This document shows, piece after piece, positions 50,645 through 61,216 of a stretch of DNA of 64,000 nt; position 1 is the first letter of the stretch; every line of letters begins with the position of its first letter. The translations under genes were made by a program, and so were the position numbers. The notes beneath the pieces were generated by a model. It did not search any database and was not told where the DNA came from. It was given only the letters and a program-made list of their open reading frames with translations. Source of the stretch: Cyanophyceae cyanobacterium (GTDB lineage Bacteria; Cyanobacteriota; Cyanobacteriia; Cyanobacteriales; JBHJGN01); NCBI GenBank assembly GCA_050331735.1, contig JBHJGN010000011.1, positions 235,119-299,118 on the forward strand, in the 5' to 3' direction.

Positions 50645-52771
50645 ATGGACCACACCTTTCATCGACTGGCTCCCTTTATTCAGGAGTATATTTACACCCA
50701 TAACTGGACGGAATTAAGGCCAGTGCAGATGGAAGCCTGTCGAGTAATTTTTAACACCAAAGCTCATCTGTTGCTGCCTGCTGGCACCGCTTCGGGAAAA
50801 ACAGAAGCGGCATTTCTGCCAATTTTGACAGTGCTGCACGAAAACCCGCCAGCAACTGTGGGAGTGCTGTACATTAGCCCAATTAAAGCCCTCATCAACG
50901 ATCAGTTTGAGCGCCTCAGCGAGGTGCTGCGGCAATCAGACACTAGCGTTTGGGCCTGGCACGGCGATATTGCTTCTAGTCGTAAGCGCCAGCTTCTTAA
51001 AAATCCTCAAGGCATCCTACAAATTACGCCTGAGTCGTTAGAAAGCCTGCTAATCAACAGAAATAATGAACTACCTCGCCTCTTTGGCGATTTGCGTTTC
51101 ATCGTCATCGACGAAATTCATGCTTTTATGGGATCTGAAAGAGGCCGTCAAATTCTTTGTCAGCTTGCTCGTCTCTCCCACTACACTAAAAACTTACCGC
51201 GTCGGGTGGGTTTATCAGCAACGTTAGGCGATTATACCCTAGCTGAATCCTGGCTGCGATCGCAGACTAATCTTCCCGTCATCACACCGCAGATACAGAA
51301 AGCACAGAAGCAGGTTCATCTTTCCTTAGAATGTTTTCACAAAGACAACTCCCATTACTATCGATATGTATACGAGCGTAGCCAATCCCGCAAGTGCTTA
51401 ATCTTTACCAATAACCGCACCGAGTCGGAGTTGATAATTGCGAACCTGCGCTCCTTTGCTCAAGCCAAAGGCTCGCCCGACATTTATCATGTCCATCACG
51501 GTAGCGTGTCGGCACTTCTCAGAGACGACGCTGAGAGGGCGATGCGTACTGCGACTCCGGCGGTGATTGCGGCTACGGTTACTTTAGAAATGGGAATCGA
51601 CATTGGTGAACTAGAGCGAGTCATTCAAATTAATGCGCCTGTTTCAGTGTCTAGCTTCCTGCAGCGGTTAGGGCGTACTGGCCGGCGAGGAACCCCGGCA
51701 GATATGCGATTTGTCTGCACTGATGGAGAATCTCCTGAACAGATTCCCTGGCAGCTATTGCAGTGTATCGCCATCATTCAGCTTTACCTCGAAGAACGCT
51801 GGATTGAGCCAATTGCGCCCATTCAATATCCTTTCAGTCTGCTCTATCACCAAACGATGAGCATTTTGGCATCCCAGGGGGAACTTTCCCCTGCTGCCCT
51901 TACCCAGCAGGTATTATCGTTACCCGCTTTCGCCGCGATTTCTCCCACCGATTTTCGTCAACTGCTGCGCTATCTCATCAGCATCGATCATCTTCAAGCC
52001 ATTCAGGGAAAGCTAATGATTGGCTTAGGGGCTGAGAAACTGGTCAGGAACTTTCATTTCTATGCGGTTTTTTCAGAGACTGTGGAGTACTGCGTTAAAG
52101 GAGAAACAGGAGAAATTGGGAAGATTTCGATTCCCCCGTCTCAAGGGCAGCGGTTTGCTCTGGCTGGAAGAACTTGGGAAGTTGTAGACCTGGATGCTTC
52201 TAGAAAAACAGTATTTGTTAAGCTGGTCGAGGGCATCGCCGGAATTTCCTGGCGAGGAAGCCGCAGCGCGAGCATTCACACTAAAATCCTTCAGCGGATG
52301 CGGCAAGTGCTGCTAGAAAATGTGCAATATCCTTACCTCCAGAAGGGGGCTAGCAAACGGCTGAATAGTGTTCGTCAGCAGGCAAAACGAATTGGTTTGG
52401 CAACTCAAACAATTGTTCCTCTCGCGACTGAAAATCGCTGCACCATTTTTCCTTGGGTAGGGACAGTTGCTTTTGATACGCTAGAGCGCTTATTACACTT
52501 GATTCGGGAGGAGCTAGATATTCAGGAAATTGACGGTCAGTCTCCCTACTATTTGACGGTTAAACTGGGACAGAGCGCAGCCTTGGAGTTACAGGAGAGA
52601 ATTGTTAAGATTTGTCAGAAAAGATTGACTACTGAAGATTTAGTGGCTCCAGATGAAGCTCCAAAACGACAAAAATATGATCGCTTTATTCCTAACCATC
52701 TGCTGCGCAAAGCCTTTGCCTGCGACTGTCTCAACTTAGAGGAATTGGCAAGCATTGTTCAAAACTGGTAG
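50645..52771 (+). CDS. Lhr-like DEAD/DEAH-box helicase
   Basis: GTASGKT, PIKALINDQ, TPESLE, DEIH, SAT, HHGS, LEMGIDIG, QRLGRTGRR. Confidence 0.9.
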   Translation: MDHTFHRLAPFIQEYIYTHNWTELRPVQMEACRVIFNTKAHLLLPAGTASGKTEAAFLPILTVLHENPPATVGVLYISPIKALINDQFERLSEVLRQSDTSVWAWHGDIASSRKRQLLKNPQGILQITPESLESLLINRNNELPRLFGDLRFIVIDEIHAFMGSERGRQILCQLARLSHYTKNLPRRVGLSATLGDYTLAESWLRSQTNLPVITPQIQKAQKQVHLSLECFHKDNSHYYRYVYERSQSRKCLIFTNNRTESELIIANLRSFAQAKGSPDIYHVHHGSVSALLRDDAERAMRTATPAVIAATVTLEMGIDIGELERVIQINAPVSVSSFLQRLGRTGRRGTPADMRFVCTDGESPEQIPWQLLQCIAIIQLYLEERWIEPIAPIQYPFSLLYHQTMSILASQGELSPAALTQQVLSLPAFAAISPTDFRQLLRYLISIDHLQAIQGKLMIGLGAEKLVRNFHFYAVFSETVEYCVKGETGEIGKISIPPSQGQRFALAGRTWEVVDLDASRKTVFVKLVEGIAGISWRGSRSASIHTKILQRMRQVLLENVQYPYLQKGASKRLNSVRQQAKRIGLATQTIVPLATENRCTIFPWVGTVAFDTLERLLHLIREELDIQEIDGQSPYYLTVKLGQSAALELQERIVKICQKRLTTEDLVAPDEAPKRQKYDRFIPNHLLRKAFACDCLNLEELASIVQNW

Positions 52772-52870
52772 GCAAACATTCTTTTGGAAGAGGAGGAAGA
52801 CTATAGCATGAGAGAGCCATCAACAAAAACGAAAAAGTTAGGCTTCCCCCCCCTTTGAAAACCGCTCTCC

Positions 52871-53275
52871 ATGTCTTTTATATACAAGCGAACCGTTTAT
52901 CTTGCTGATACCGATGCGGCAGGAGTTGTTTATTTTGCTCAGGCTTTGTCGATTTGTCATGAAGCCTATGAAGCCTCATTAGTCAAAGCTGGAATCGAGC
53001 TGAAAACCTTTTTTAACAATCCTACGGTCGCTGTTCCCGTTGTGCAGGCTCACATCGACTTTTTGCGTCCGCTCTTGGCTGGCGATCGCCTGCTCGTTAC
53101 GCTATCGCCGCGATTGTTAAGCGATAGCGAGTTTGGCATTACTTATCATATTGTTGCTGATTCATCACCTCAACAGATAGTGGTGAAAGCAAATACTCGT
53201 CACGTTTGTATCACTCTCGACAGACGAAGAACGGCAATTCCTGAAGCATTGAAACAGTGGCTAGTCTTGACTTAG
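52871..53275 (+). CDS. acyl-CoA thioesterase (probable 1,4-dihydroxy-2-naphthoyl-CoA hydrolase)
   Basis: DTDAAGVVYFA..L.ICHEAYE hotdog-fold motif. Confidence 0.85.
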   Translation: MSFIYKRTVYLADTDAAGVVYFAQALSICHEAYEASLVKAGIELKTFFNNPTVAVPVVQAHIDFLRPLLAGDRLLVTLSPRLLSDSEFGITYHIVADSSPQQIVVKANTRHVCITLDRRRTAIPEALKQWLVLT

Positions 53276-53431
53276 AGAGCATGCTAACAATTCGGCTATC
53301 AGAGGAGTTCAATGAGTTCGGTGAGCGCTCGCCAACCAACCTTTTCTAAAAACCAACTGACGCTCTCTTGACTTGCAATAATAGAAAGTAGCTCACAGGC
53401 TATATAAATATAGACGAGTAGCATTTTATGA

Positions 53432-53782
<351 letters not shown>

Positions 53783-53790
53783 CGGTCGTG

Positions 53791-53817
53791 CGGGGACCAG
53801 AATTAACCCTGTCCCCG
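53791..53817. terminator. hairpin between convergent glnB and rdgB
   Basis: CGGGGAC...GTCCCCG inverted repeat. Confidence 0.5.
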
Positions 53818-53840
53818 TTCTCCATTGGAGCGCTGAGAGG

Positions 53841-54416
53841 CTAAATCTGAATGGCTTGTAACTGAGGAATCAGCAGGGCAAAGGCTTGACCGCGATGGCT
53901 CGTCTGGCATTTTATCTCCGGCTTCATCTGAGCAAACGTCTGCTGATACTCAGGAACATAAAAAATCGGATCGTAGCCAAAGCCCCCTGCACCGCGAGGT
54001 TCGTGCAGAATTTCTCCCCGACATCTTCCGGTGGCTTCGGCAGCTACCGTTCCATCTGAACGACAAACAGTGACAGCACAAACAAACTGAGCCTGACGAT
54101 TCTCAGTTCCCTTGAGCTCTCGCACTACCCGTTCAATGCGCTCTGCATCAGTGCTGCCGTAACGAGCCGAATAAATACCAGGAGCGCCACCGAGGGCATC
54201 GATGGCTAAGCCGGAATCGTCAGCGATCGCCCATTCTCCCACGGCTTGAGCTACCTGAGAAGCCTTTAAGTAAGCATTTTCCTCAAAAGTGCTACCCGTC
54301 TCCGCTACCTCAATTTCTGGCGGCTTTAACTGGAGCTTCCACCCCAGCTTTCCTAGGTACGCTTCTATCTCCCGCAGTTTTCCCGGATTTCCCGTCGCGA
54401 CAATCAGCTTCCTCAT
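53841..54416 (-). CDS. rdgB: non-canonical purine NTP pyrophosphatase
   Basis: ATGNPGK, ADDSGL, PGIYSAR, GFGYDPIF, SHRG. Confidence 0.94.
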   Translation of the reverse strand: MRKLIVATGNPGKLREIEAYLGKLGWKLQLKPPEIEVAETGSTFEENAYLKASQVAQAVGEWAIADDSGLAIDALGGAPGIYSARYGSTDAERIERVVRELKGTENRQAQFVCAVTVCRSDGTVAAEATGRCRGEILHEPRGAGGFGYDPIFYVPEYQQTFAQMKPEIKCQTSHRGQAFALLIPQLQAIQI

Positions 54417-54473
54417 TTCCATTAACAATCAACAATGAACATTAGTTATTGTTGATGGTTGATGGTTGATTGT

Positions 54474-55904
54474 CTAGCTGTTTGCCCATGCTTTCGCCCA
54501 CTTCAAGATGTGATGAACCTGTGACAGGGTTGGCGCTTCGCAGTAAAGTCTCAGGACGGGTTCAGTGCCGCTGAAGCGAATTAGGAGCCAGCTTTCATCT
54601 ACTAAGCGAAATTTGTAGCCGTCTGTGGTTAAACAGTCAACCACGGCTTGTCCCGCTACTTCTTGAGGAGTTTGGAACTGAAGACGGTCGAGCAACTTGC
54701 TGCGTACCTCCATACTCGCTAGGGGAAGATCGATCCGGTCGTATGCCGAGGTGAAGTTGACCTTTTGCTGAAGCTGAGCGTAGAGCGCTCCCAAATCTTG
54801 CCCAGACTCTACGACGGCTTCTAAAACGTAGAGGGCAGAGAGCAAAGCGTCTCGTTCGGGAATGTGAGTGCCGTAGCCAATACCGCCGGATTCTTCACCG
54901 CCGACTAATACCTGAGTGGTTAACATGCGGTCGGCAATATATTTGTATCCGATGGGTGTCTCGTACACCGATAAGCCATAGAGCTGAGCGAGGCGGGGAA
55001 ATAGATCTGAACCGCTGACGGTTTTCACCACTTCCCCCGTGTAGCCGCGACGATTGGCTAGGTGATCGATGAGGATGGGAATGAGAACCTGGGAACTGAG
55101 AAAGTTGCCCTCTCCGTCTACAGCAGCGATACGATCGCTATCGCCATCAAACACGAGTCCCACTCGAATTTGGCTCTCTTGACGAGCGGCTTTAATGGTG
55201 CTAAAGAGCTCAGCTAAATGCTTTGGCAGCGGTTCTGGGGCTCCGCCGCCAAAGAGCGGATCGCGGTTGCCGTGGAGTTCTGTGACCGGATACTCTAGCA
55301 GCCGACTGAGGCCACTCGCGGCAGCACCGTACATTACGTCGGCGTACAGGCTCAGCTTCCCAGAGGCGATCGCCTCTTTAATTTTGCCAACGTTGACCTT
55401 AGCCTGCAAACCTTCACAGTAGCTCGACCAAGGGTCAAATAGCTCGAGGCTTCCCGTTGGCTCAGGAGAGCGTGGCGGTTCAGCAAGCCGCGCTTCAATC
55501 TGCTTGGTAATTTCAGGAGAAACAGAGCCGCCAAAGGCTCCCTTGACCTTCAACCCCAAATACTTCGCTGGGTTATGACTGGCGGTTAACACCAAGGCTC
55601 CCAGCGCGTCTCGGATTTTGGCGGCCCAACTAAAGGCGGGAGTTGGCGCATAAGAATCCGAGAGCAGCACAGCAAATCCGGCTTCCTGCACAGCTTCGGC
55701 GGCAGTTCTAGCGAAGTCCTCTGCCATAAAGCGGCGATCGTACCCGACAATAATCTGGCGCGATCGCTCATTGCCATAATTTTCAGCGAGCACCTGAGCC
55801 GCTAAGGGAGCCAGTTTCGCCACCCGCTCAAAGGTAAAATCGGCGGCAATGACCCCCCGCCATCCATCTGTGCCAAATTTAATCGGATGCTTGGTAAACG
55901 GCAT
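54474..55904 (-). CDS. phosphoglucomutase/phosphomannomutase
   Basis: FGTDGWRG, TASHNP, FDGDSDR, GEESGG, RFSGTEP. Confidence 0.93.
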   Translation of the reverse strand: MPFTKHPIKFGTDGWRGVIAADFTFERVAKLAPLAAQVLAENYGNERSRQIIVGYDRRFMAEDFARTAAEAVQEAGFAVLLSDSYAPTPAFSWAAKIRDALGALVLTASHNPAKYLGLKVKGAFGGSVSPEITKQIEARLAEPPRSPEPTGSLELFDPWSSYCEGLQAKVNVGKIKEAIASGKLSLYADVMYGAAASGLSRLLEYPVTELHGNRDPLFGGGAPEPLPKHLAELFSTIKAARQESQIRVGLVFDGDSDRIAAVDGEGNFLSSQVLIPILIDHLANRRGYTGEVVKTVSGSDLFPRLAQLYGLSVYETPIGYKYIADRMLTTQVLVGGEESGGIGYGTHIPERDALLSALYVLEAVVESGQDLGALYAQLQQKVNFTSAYDRIDLPLASMEVRSKLLDRLQFQTPQEVAGQAVVDCLTTDGYKFRLVDESWLLIRFSGTEPVLRLYCEAPTLSQVHHILKWAKAWANS

Positions 55905-56069
55905 AGGCTTGTCACACCAGGTTTTGGAAAGCTTTTAGCAGGTTTTCACCAATATTAATAATACGGCAATCGTATCATAATATTTTGAGCAGCAGTTGAC
56001 GAAGTGAACAGTGTGTCGTCGTCTGAGAGATGGTTTCTTTTCATCCCCAGTCTCGTGAGTTTCGGGAGG

Positions 56070-56381
56070 TCATTCGCCTCGCTGTTGCTCTGGGCTGCTT
56101 GGCTGCATTTGCTCCAAAAAATCCTGTAGCTTCATCCGTTCTATATAGGGCCACCCTCCCGTTTCCTCAATCTTTTTGAGGAATTCGTATAGTGAATGAC
56201 GAGTATCGGGTAAAGAAGTTTGAAATAGTTCCTCGCGAATTTCTCGATGTAAACGTTCAAGAATTCGCAACAAGACTAACAGTAGTTCGCTGTCATCTCG
56301 ACAGCGTTCTGCTAAAACTCTGATATTCTTGCTAATTGTTTCTAATTCAGCTTCTATCTGCTGGCTCTTTAGATTGCCCAT
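56070..56381 (-). CDS. conserved hypothetical protein
   Basis: LLRILERLHREIRE..F...LP.TR, GGWPYIERMKL. Confidence 0.75.
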   Translation of the reverse strand: MGNLKSQQIEAELETISKNIRVLAERCRDDSELLLVLLRILERLHREIREELFQTSLPDTRHSLYEFLKKIEETGGWPYIERMKLQDFLEQMQPSSPEQQRGE

Positions 56382-56589
56382 CTACTATACGCAAGTGGCT
56401 AAAACACAACTCAATCATAGAAGATTCATCGCTAGATAGACCGAATGCTTTACCTGGGGGAGTACCAATTTGGTAAAGTAGATTTGGATGAGACTAGCCA
56501 AAGTCTAAGACGCTAATTCGCTGCTGTTTTATTAACGCTTATATTTATTGGCGAGAACGTCACATCAAATATCACTGACGAGGTTACAT

Positions 56590-57426
56590 ATGAAATATCG
56601 TGGATTAATTATTGCTTTTTTAGTTTTATGCTTGGGAATTTTAACTGCCTGTAGCGAAGGTCCAGCCAATGCCACCAGCCGAGAGCAGTTGACCTACGAG
56701 CAGATTCTAAACACAGGTCTTGCCAATCTCTGTCCGCAGCTAGATGAAACAGCTCGCGGCTCTATTCCAGTAGAGGCTGGAAAAACCTACAAATTCGTCG
56801 ATCTGTGTTTGGAGCCACAAACCTACTTCGTTAAGGAAGAGCCTACAAATAAGCGCAGACAAGCAGAATTGATCGAAGGCAAAGTTCTGACTCGCTATAC
56901 CTCCAGTCTCGACCAGATTAGAGGAGAAATTCAGGCGGACGAAGCGGGCGTATTAACGCTCATTGAAGAAGACGGGATCGATTTCCAGCCGATTACCGTT
57001 CAACTGCCTGGCGGTGAGCAAATTCCTTTTCTGTTCACCATCAAACAGCTAGTGGCGATGACCGAGCCTGGTTTTAAAACGATCAATACCTCAACGGATT
57101 TTGAAGGAGAGTTTACGGTTCCGTCCTATCGAGGCAATGTCTTTTTAGACCCTAAAGGTCGGGGGGTTGGCAGTGGCTACGATAACGCTGTAGCACTACC
57201 GTCTCAGGCAGATGCGGAGGAACTGTCTCGTGCCAACATCAAAAGATTAGATAAGGGAACGGGAGACATTTCTCTGCAGGTGACGAAGGTCGATCGAGAG
57301 ACAGGCGAAATCGCCGGAATCTTTGAAAGCGAACAGCCTTCTGATACCGATTTAGGAGCGCGAGAAGCTGAAGAGGTCAAAATTCGCGGCATCTTTTATG
57401 CTCGAATCGAAGATGCCCTCACCTAG
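56590..57426 (+). CDS. psbO: photosystem II manganese-stabilizing protein
   Basis: TGLANLCP, GIDFQPITVQLPGGE, VPSYRG, FLDPKGRG, QPSDTDLG. Confidence 0.97.
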   Translation: MKYRGLIIAFLVLCLGILTACSEGPANATSREQLTYEQILNTGLANLCPQLDETARGSIPVEAGKTYKFVDLCLEPQTYFVKEEPTNKRRQAELIEGKVLTRYTSSLDQIRGEIQADEAGVLTLIEEDGIDFQPITVQLPGGEQIPFLFTIKQLVAMTEPGFKTINTSTDFEGEFTVPSYRGNVFLDPKGRGVGSGYDNAVALPSQADAEELSRANIKRLDKGTGDISLQVTKVDRETGEIAGIFESEQPSDTDLGAREAEEVKIRGIFYARIEDALT

Positions 57427-57463
57427 GTCTGCTGGTTTAGCTTAATTAATAATCGCACTGACA

Positions 57464-57487
57464 GAAGGGGTAAACAGCCCCTTTTTT
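57464..57487 (+). terminator. intrinsic terminator after psbO
   Basis: AAGGGG...CCCCTT plus T-run. Confidence 0.7.
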
Positions 57488-57768
57488 CGTGGCCATTTAA
57501 CCATGACCGTTAACTCTCAGCAACGAGTGGCTATGGCGATCACGACTGACTCTGGCAAGAGAAGACAGGTTTTAAATCATAGTGGGTAACCTAACATTAC
57601 TACAGAGACAGAATAAAACAGCCTCCGTGAAAACTGGGAGAATTGCCTCAATCACCTTCAGGGAATAATCGTGAAAATGCTGTTGTTTTCTAACAAAGCG
57701 AAATAATACTCTTGGAGAGACATTAAGCAATTCCGTTTGCCTGGAAGAGAAGTAGAGGAAGCAAAGCC

Positions 57769-58548
57769 ATGTCTGTCTCCGCTAGCAGTGCCTTAAAGCT
57801 TGAAAGTTTGCGCTTGTTTAAAAATTACCAAGGCTCTAAATGCCGGATGGTACGCAACCAAATTATGCAGCTCAACTTTGGATTAGTCAGAAAAGAAGCT
57901 CATCACTGGGTCAAACAGTGTAGCGAAAACTATGAAGATTTGCTGCAGGTCGGTTGTTTAGGTTTGATTCGAGCGATTGAGCGATTTGATATTGAAAAAG
58001 GCCATGCCTTCAGTTCCTTTGCCATTCCGTATATTCGCGGGGAAATTCAACACTATCTCCGGGATAAAGGTTACTCGATCAGAATTCCGCGGCGCTGGCT
58101 AGAGCTACAGCGACAGGCAGTTGGTATCATTCAAGATCTGAGAGAACGACTGCATCGGCAACCAACAGATTGGGAAATCGCGCAAGGATTAGAAATTTCC
58201 GTTGAGGAGTGGCAGGAAATTAAGCTTGCCTATCAAAACCGGGAGCCACTGAGCTTAGATGTTCCCGTTGGCGATGAGGACGAAGGAAAAACAAGCTTAG
58301 GAGATATTGTTCCCGATCCTCGTCACCGCAGCTTTCAACTAGTTCAAGAAGATCGTCTGCGTCTACAGCATGCTCTCTCGCAGCTAGAAAATCGAACGCG
58401 GGAGGTTCTCGAATTTGTCTTCCTCCAGGATTTAACTCAGAAGGAAACGGCTGAGCGACTAGGCATTAGCGTTGTTACCGTTTCTCGCCGGGTTAAAAAG
58501 GGCGTAGAGCACTTAAAAACTCTTATGGGAGCTGCTCAAGAGCAGTGA
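57769..58548 (+). CDS. sigF: group 3 sigma factor SigF
   Basis: LNFGLVRKEAHHW, AFSSFAIPYIRGEIQHYLRDK, VTVSRRVKKG. Confidence 0.9.
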   Translation: MSVSASSALKLESLRLFKNYQGSKCRMVRNQIMQLNFGLVRKEAHHWVKQCSENYEDLLQVGCLGLIRAIERFDIEKGHAFSSFAIPYIRGEIQHYLRDKGYSIRIPRRWLELQRQAVGIIQDLRERLHRQPTDWEIAQGLEISVEEWQEIKLAYQNREPLSLDVPVGDEDEGKTSLGDIVPDPRHRSFQLVQEDRLRLQHALSQLENRTREVLEFVFLQDLTQKETAERLGISVVTVSRRVKKGVEHLKTLMGAAQEQ

Positions 58549-59390
58549 GCGTCATGCATATGAAGGCTGCTAAAACGCCGAAGATTTTGTTAACAGTCGC
58601 TGTGGGCATCGTGGCTCTTGGTTTGGAGAGCTGTTCATTGCTGCCGTGGGTTAAGGACGAGGAACCGCAGGTTGTTGAGCCTGTTTCCACTCCGGCTGAG
58701 GAAGAGGCGGTAGTTACAGAGCCTCAGCCACCAGAACTCGGTGTTGAGCTAATTACCCCTACTGACCCTAACAGTCAGCGCCAGGTGATTGTTCAAGGTC
58801 GGCCAGATCCTTTCGATCCCATCTCCATGCAGCCGATTGTGACAGTAATTCCTCCAGAACCGGAAACAATTGATGACCCAGGAGCATCTGCTGCTCAGGG
58901 AACCTCAACTCAGTCTCCATCCGCTTCATTGCCCTCGACTAGGACAACCGCTAGCCGTCCATCTACTTCATCGCCCTCAGCAAAGCCAGCCAACCGACCA
59001 TCTGCTTCATCTCCCGCAGCGACCTCTCCACAGGCAAAGCAACCAAAGCCAACATCATCGTCCTCAACCGATTCCCAGCCAGCTTCCCCCCCTCCTAATC
59101 CAGCGCAATTAGCTGAAAGTGTCGTAGTGAGTGGAATTGTAGAAATTGGGGGGAAGTCTCACGCGATCTTAAAGGCTCCTCAAGAATCGTCTAGCCGCTA
59201 TGTACAGCCGGGGCAGTATGTGGCGATGGGCGAAGTTTTGGTCAAGGAAATTCAGTACGGTAAATCACCTGCGGTTCTTTTAGAGCAAAACGGTATCGAG
59301 GTGCTTAAATCAGTTGGAGAAACGGCAGAAGTATCTTATGATAATTCTGCATCGTTAGCTTTAACCAGTGGTTTGCTAGACGGTGGCTAA
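58545..59390 (+). CDS. lipoprotein with PilP-like features
   Basis: LGLESC lipobox-like motif, GRPDPF, Ser/Pro/Ala-rich linker, beta-rich C-domain; GTGA overlap with sigF. Confidence 0.65.
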   Translation: MSVMHMKAAKTPKILLTVAVGIVALGLESCSLLPWVKDEEPQVVEPVSTPAEEEAVVTEPQPPELGVELITPTDPNSQRQVIVQGRPDPFDPISMQPIVTVIPPEPETIDDPGASAAQGTSTQSPSASLPSTRTTASRPSTSSPSAKPANRPSASSPAATSPQAKQPKPTSSSSTDSQPASPPPNPAQLAESVVVSGIVEIGGKSHAILKAPQESSSRYVQPGQYVAMGEVLVKEIQYGKSPAVLLEQNGIEVLKSVGETAEVSYDNSASLALTSGLLDGG

Positions 59391-59421
59391 TTTTTTTCTT
59401 GACTCTTAAGCACATCTAACA

Positions 59422-59706
59422 GTGAGCGGCCAGCATCAACCGAAACAACAGAGAAGAGAAATCGTTACTTCTCCTGAGCTCCCTCTAGCCGTGTATCGAG
59501 AGGTAGCGGCTCATCTGCGGCAGGTAGAAGGCATAGAAACAGGACTTATTCCTCAGCAGTCGTTCCAGTTTTCCTACCGCCAAAGTCAGGTGGGCGGCTT
59601 ATGGATTCAGTATTCGGAGCACTTAGAGCCAAACTGCCAAGAAAGGGTAGAACAAATTTTAGCGTACTACGCCGAGCGTTTTGGTGACTGGCAGCGCCAA
59701 GCTTAA
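59422..59706 (+). CDS. conserved hypothetical protein
   Basis: LPLAVYREVAAHLRQVEG...QILAYY. Confidence 0.75.
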   Translation: MSGQHQPKQQRREIVTSPELPLAVYREVAAHLRQVEGIETGLIPQQSFQFSYRQSQVGGLWIQYSEHLEPNCQERVEQILAYYAERFGDWQRQA

Positions 59707-59808
59707 GAACAGCTTATAGCTCAGTTTGGAGTAAATTTATTCCCTTTATGATAAGAAATAACAAGAACTCTGGCACTCGTCTCGTCAAGTAAAACCCCAA
59801 ACTTGAGA

Positions 59809-59833
59809 AGCTAACAGCTAACAGCTAATAGCT
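59809..59833. repeat. STRR-type heptamer tandem repeat AGCTAA(C/T)
   Basis: AGCTAACAGCTAACAGCTAATAGCT; similar short arrays near 20594-20620 and 54451-54472. Confidence 0.55.
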
Positions 59834-59844
59834 TTCTACTCCAC

Positions 59845-60903
59845 CTACTTTCGTTCTGGATGTTCACTTTCTGGGGCAGGAGTTCCTAAATGATTGATGC
59901 GGGCAATAAGTTGATAAAGTCGGCCAAAATCCCGTTGATTAAATTCAAACATCAAGCGCGGTAACTGTTCCGTTTCATCGCCCTCTTCTTGAGGCAAAGC
60001 TGATATCTTCTGAATTTGACCGTCAGCAATCATGTCCTGAAATTCCTCGTTGAGTTGTTCAACGGACTCATCGCTTAGCTCCTTATTCAGGCGAATTACA
60101 AACTGCTTACCAACATAGCGACTAGAGTGGTAAATGCGGTAGAAGTCTCTGATGGCTTGACAAGCTACTTCTAAATCATCGGTGATCGTGTAGAGGCTCA
60201 AATCACTGGGACTAACTAACTCCCGCCGGACCAAATGCTTGCTGATATAATCGTTCCACGACAGCCAGTAATCTCCTCCTGGTCTATCAATCAGCACTAG
60301 GGGCACTGGGCCATACCGTCCCGTTTGACACAGGGTCAGCGACTCAAAAGCTTCATCTTGAGTGCCGAATCCACCCGGAAATAAAGCCAGCGCATCACTT
60401 TCTCGAAGGAAGAAGAGTTTGCGAGTGAAAAAATACTTAAAGTTAATTAGCTTTGAGTCGCCTTCAATAAACGAATTGGTTCCCTGTTCAAAAGGAAGCT
60501 GAATATTGAGACCAAAAGATTGATTGCGTCCCGCTCCTTCGTTTCCCGCCTGCATAATTCCTCCGCCGGCACCTGTCAGCACCATAAATCCAAGCTCCGT
60601 GACGTGACGAGCAAACTGAACCGCCATCTGATACTCTGAACTCTGGGAGGAAATCCGTGCCGAGCCAAAGATGGTGATTTTGCGGACGTGTCGGTAAGGG
60701 TAAAAAATTTGAAATCCTTGCTCTAGATCCTCCAAAGAGGCAGCAAGGATTTTCCAGTCCAACCGATCTACTTCTTCCCCAGCAATGCGCAGAAGTACCG
60801 ATAACGCTCTTTCTATTAATTGTCTGTGCTGATTGCGCGGTAATTGATTGACTAGTTCAATCAAGTGAGGAACCAGGAATGATTTGTCGGGAGACAGAGC
60901 CAT
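59845..60903 (-). CDS. LOG family protein
   Basis: IFGSAR, TGAGGGIMQAGNEGA, YFFTRK, PGGFGTQDE. Confidence 0.9.
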   Translation of the reverse strand: MALSPDKSFLVPHLIELVNQLPRNQHRQLIERALSVLLRIAGEEVDRLDWKILAASLEDLEQGFQIFYPYRHVRKITIFGSARISSQSSEYQMAVQFARHVTELGFMVLTGAGGGIMQAGNEGAGRNQSFGLNIQLPFEQGTNSFIEGDSKLINFKYFFTRKLFFLRESDALALFPGGFGTQDEAFESLTLCQTGRYGPVPLVLIDRPGGDYWLSWNDYISKHLVRRELVSPSDLSLYTITDDLEVACQAIRDFYRIYHSSRYVGKQFVIRLNKELSDESVEQLNEEFQDMIADGQIQKISALPQEEGDETEQLPRLMFEFNQRDFGRLYQLIARINHLGTPAPESEHPERK

Positions 60904-61216
60904 AATCTTGCTGTGGCTATATCCTATACTGATGTTGAACGGCTTGAAGCTAGAGCAATACAGAATGAGGAAAAGAAAGCTAACTGCCTTCCCCGATTGT
61001 GTCTAAATTTGCCCCTCGAAGGAGTTCATGAACAAGCTCCTTGTGTCATGAAACTTCTCCAAGCTTGTCTTAAAGTCGCCGCCGGGAACGATGCCGGAAC
61101 TTTGAGCAATACTCCATCAATGAGCAAACATACAAAAAGCGGCGATACCACTACATTTTATAGCATCGCCAGCAATTGCAATCGCTAATATTGAAAGACA
61201 GTTGACCGCCTTAAAT

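Noticed and set aside
60913..61188. 91-aa plus-strand ORF between LOG and trxA
   Set aside because: No motif; spans the promoter and terminator regions of minus-strand genes
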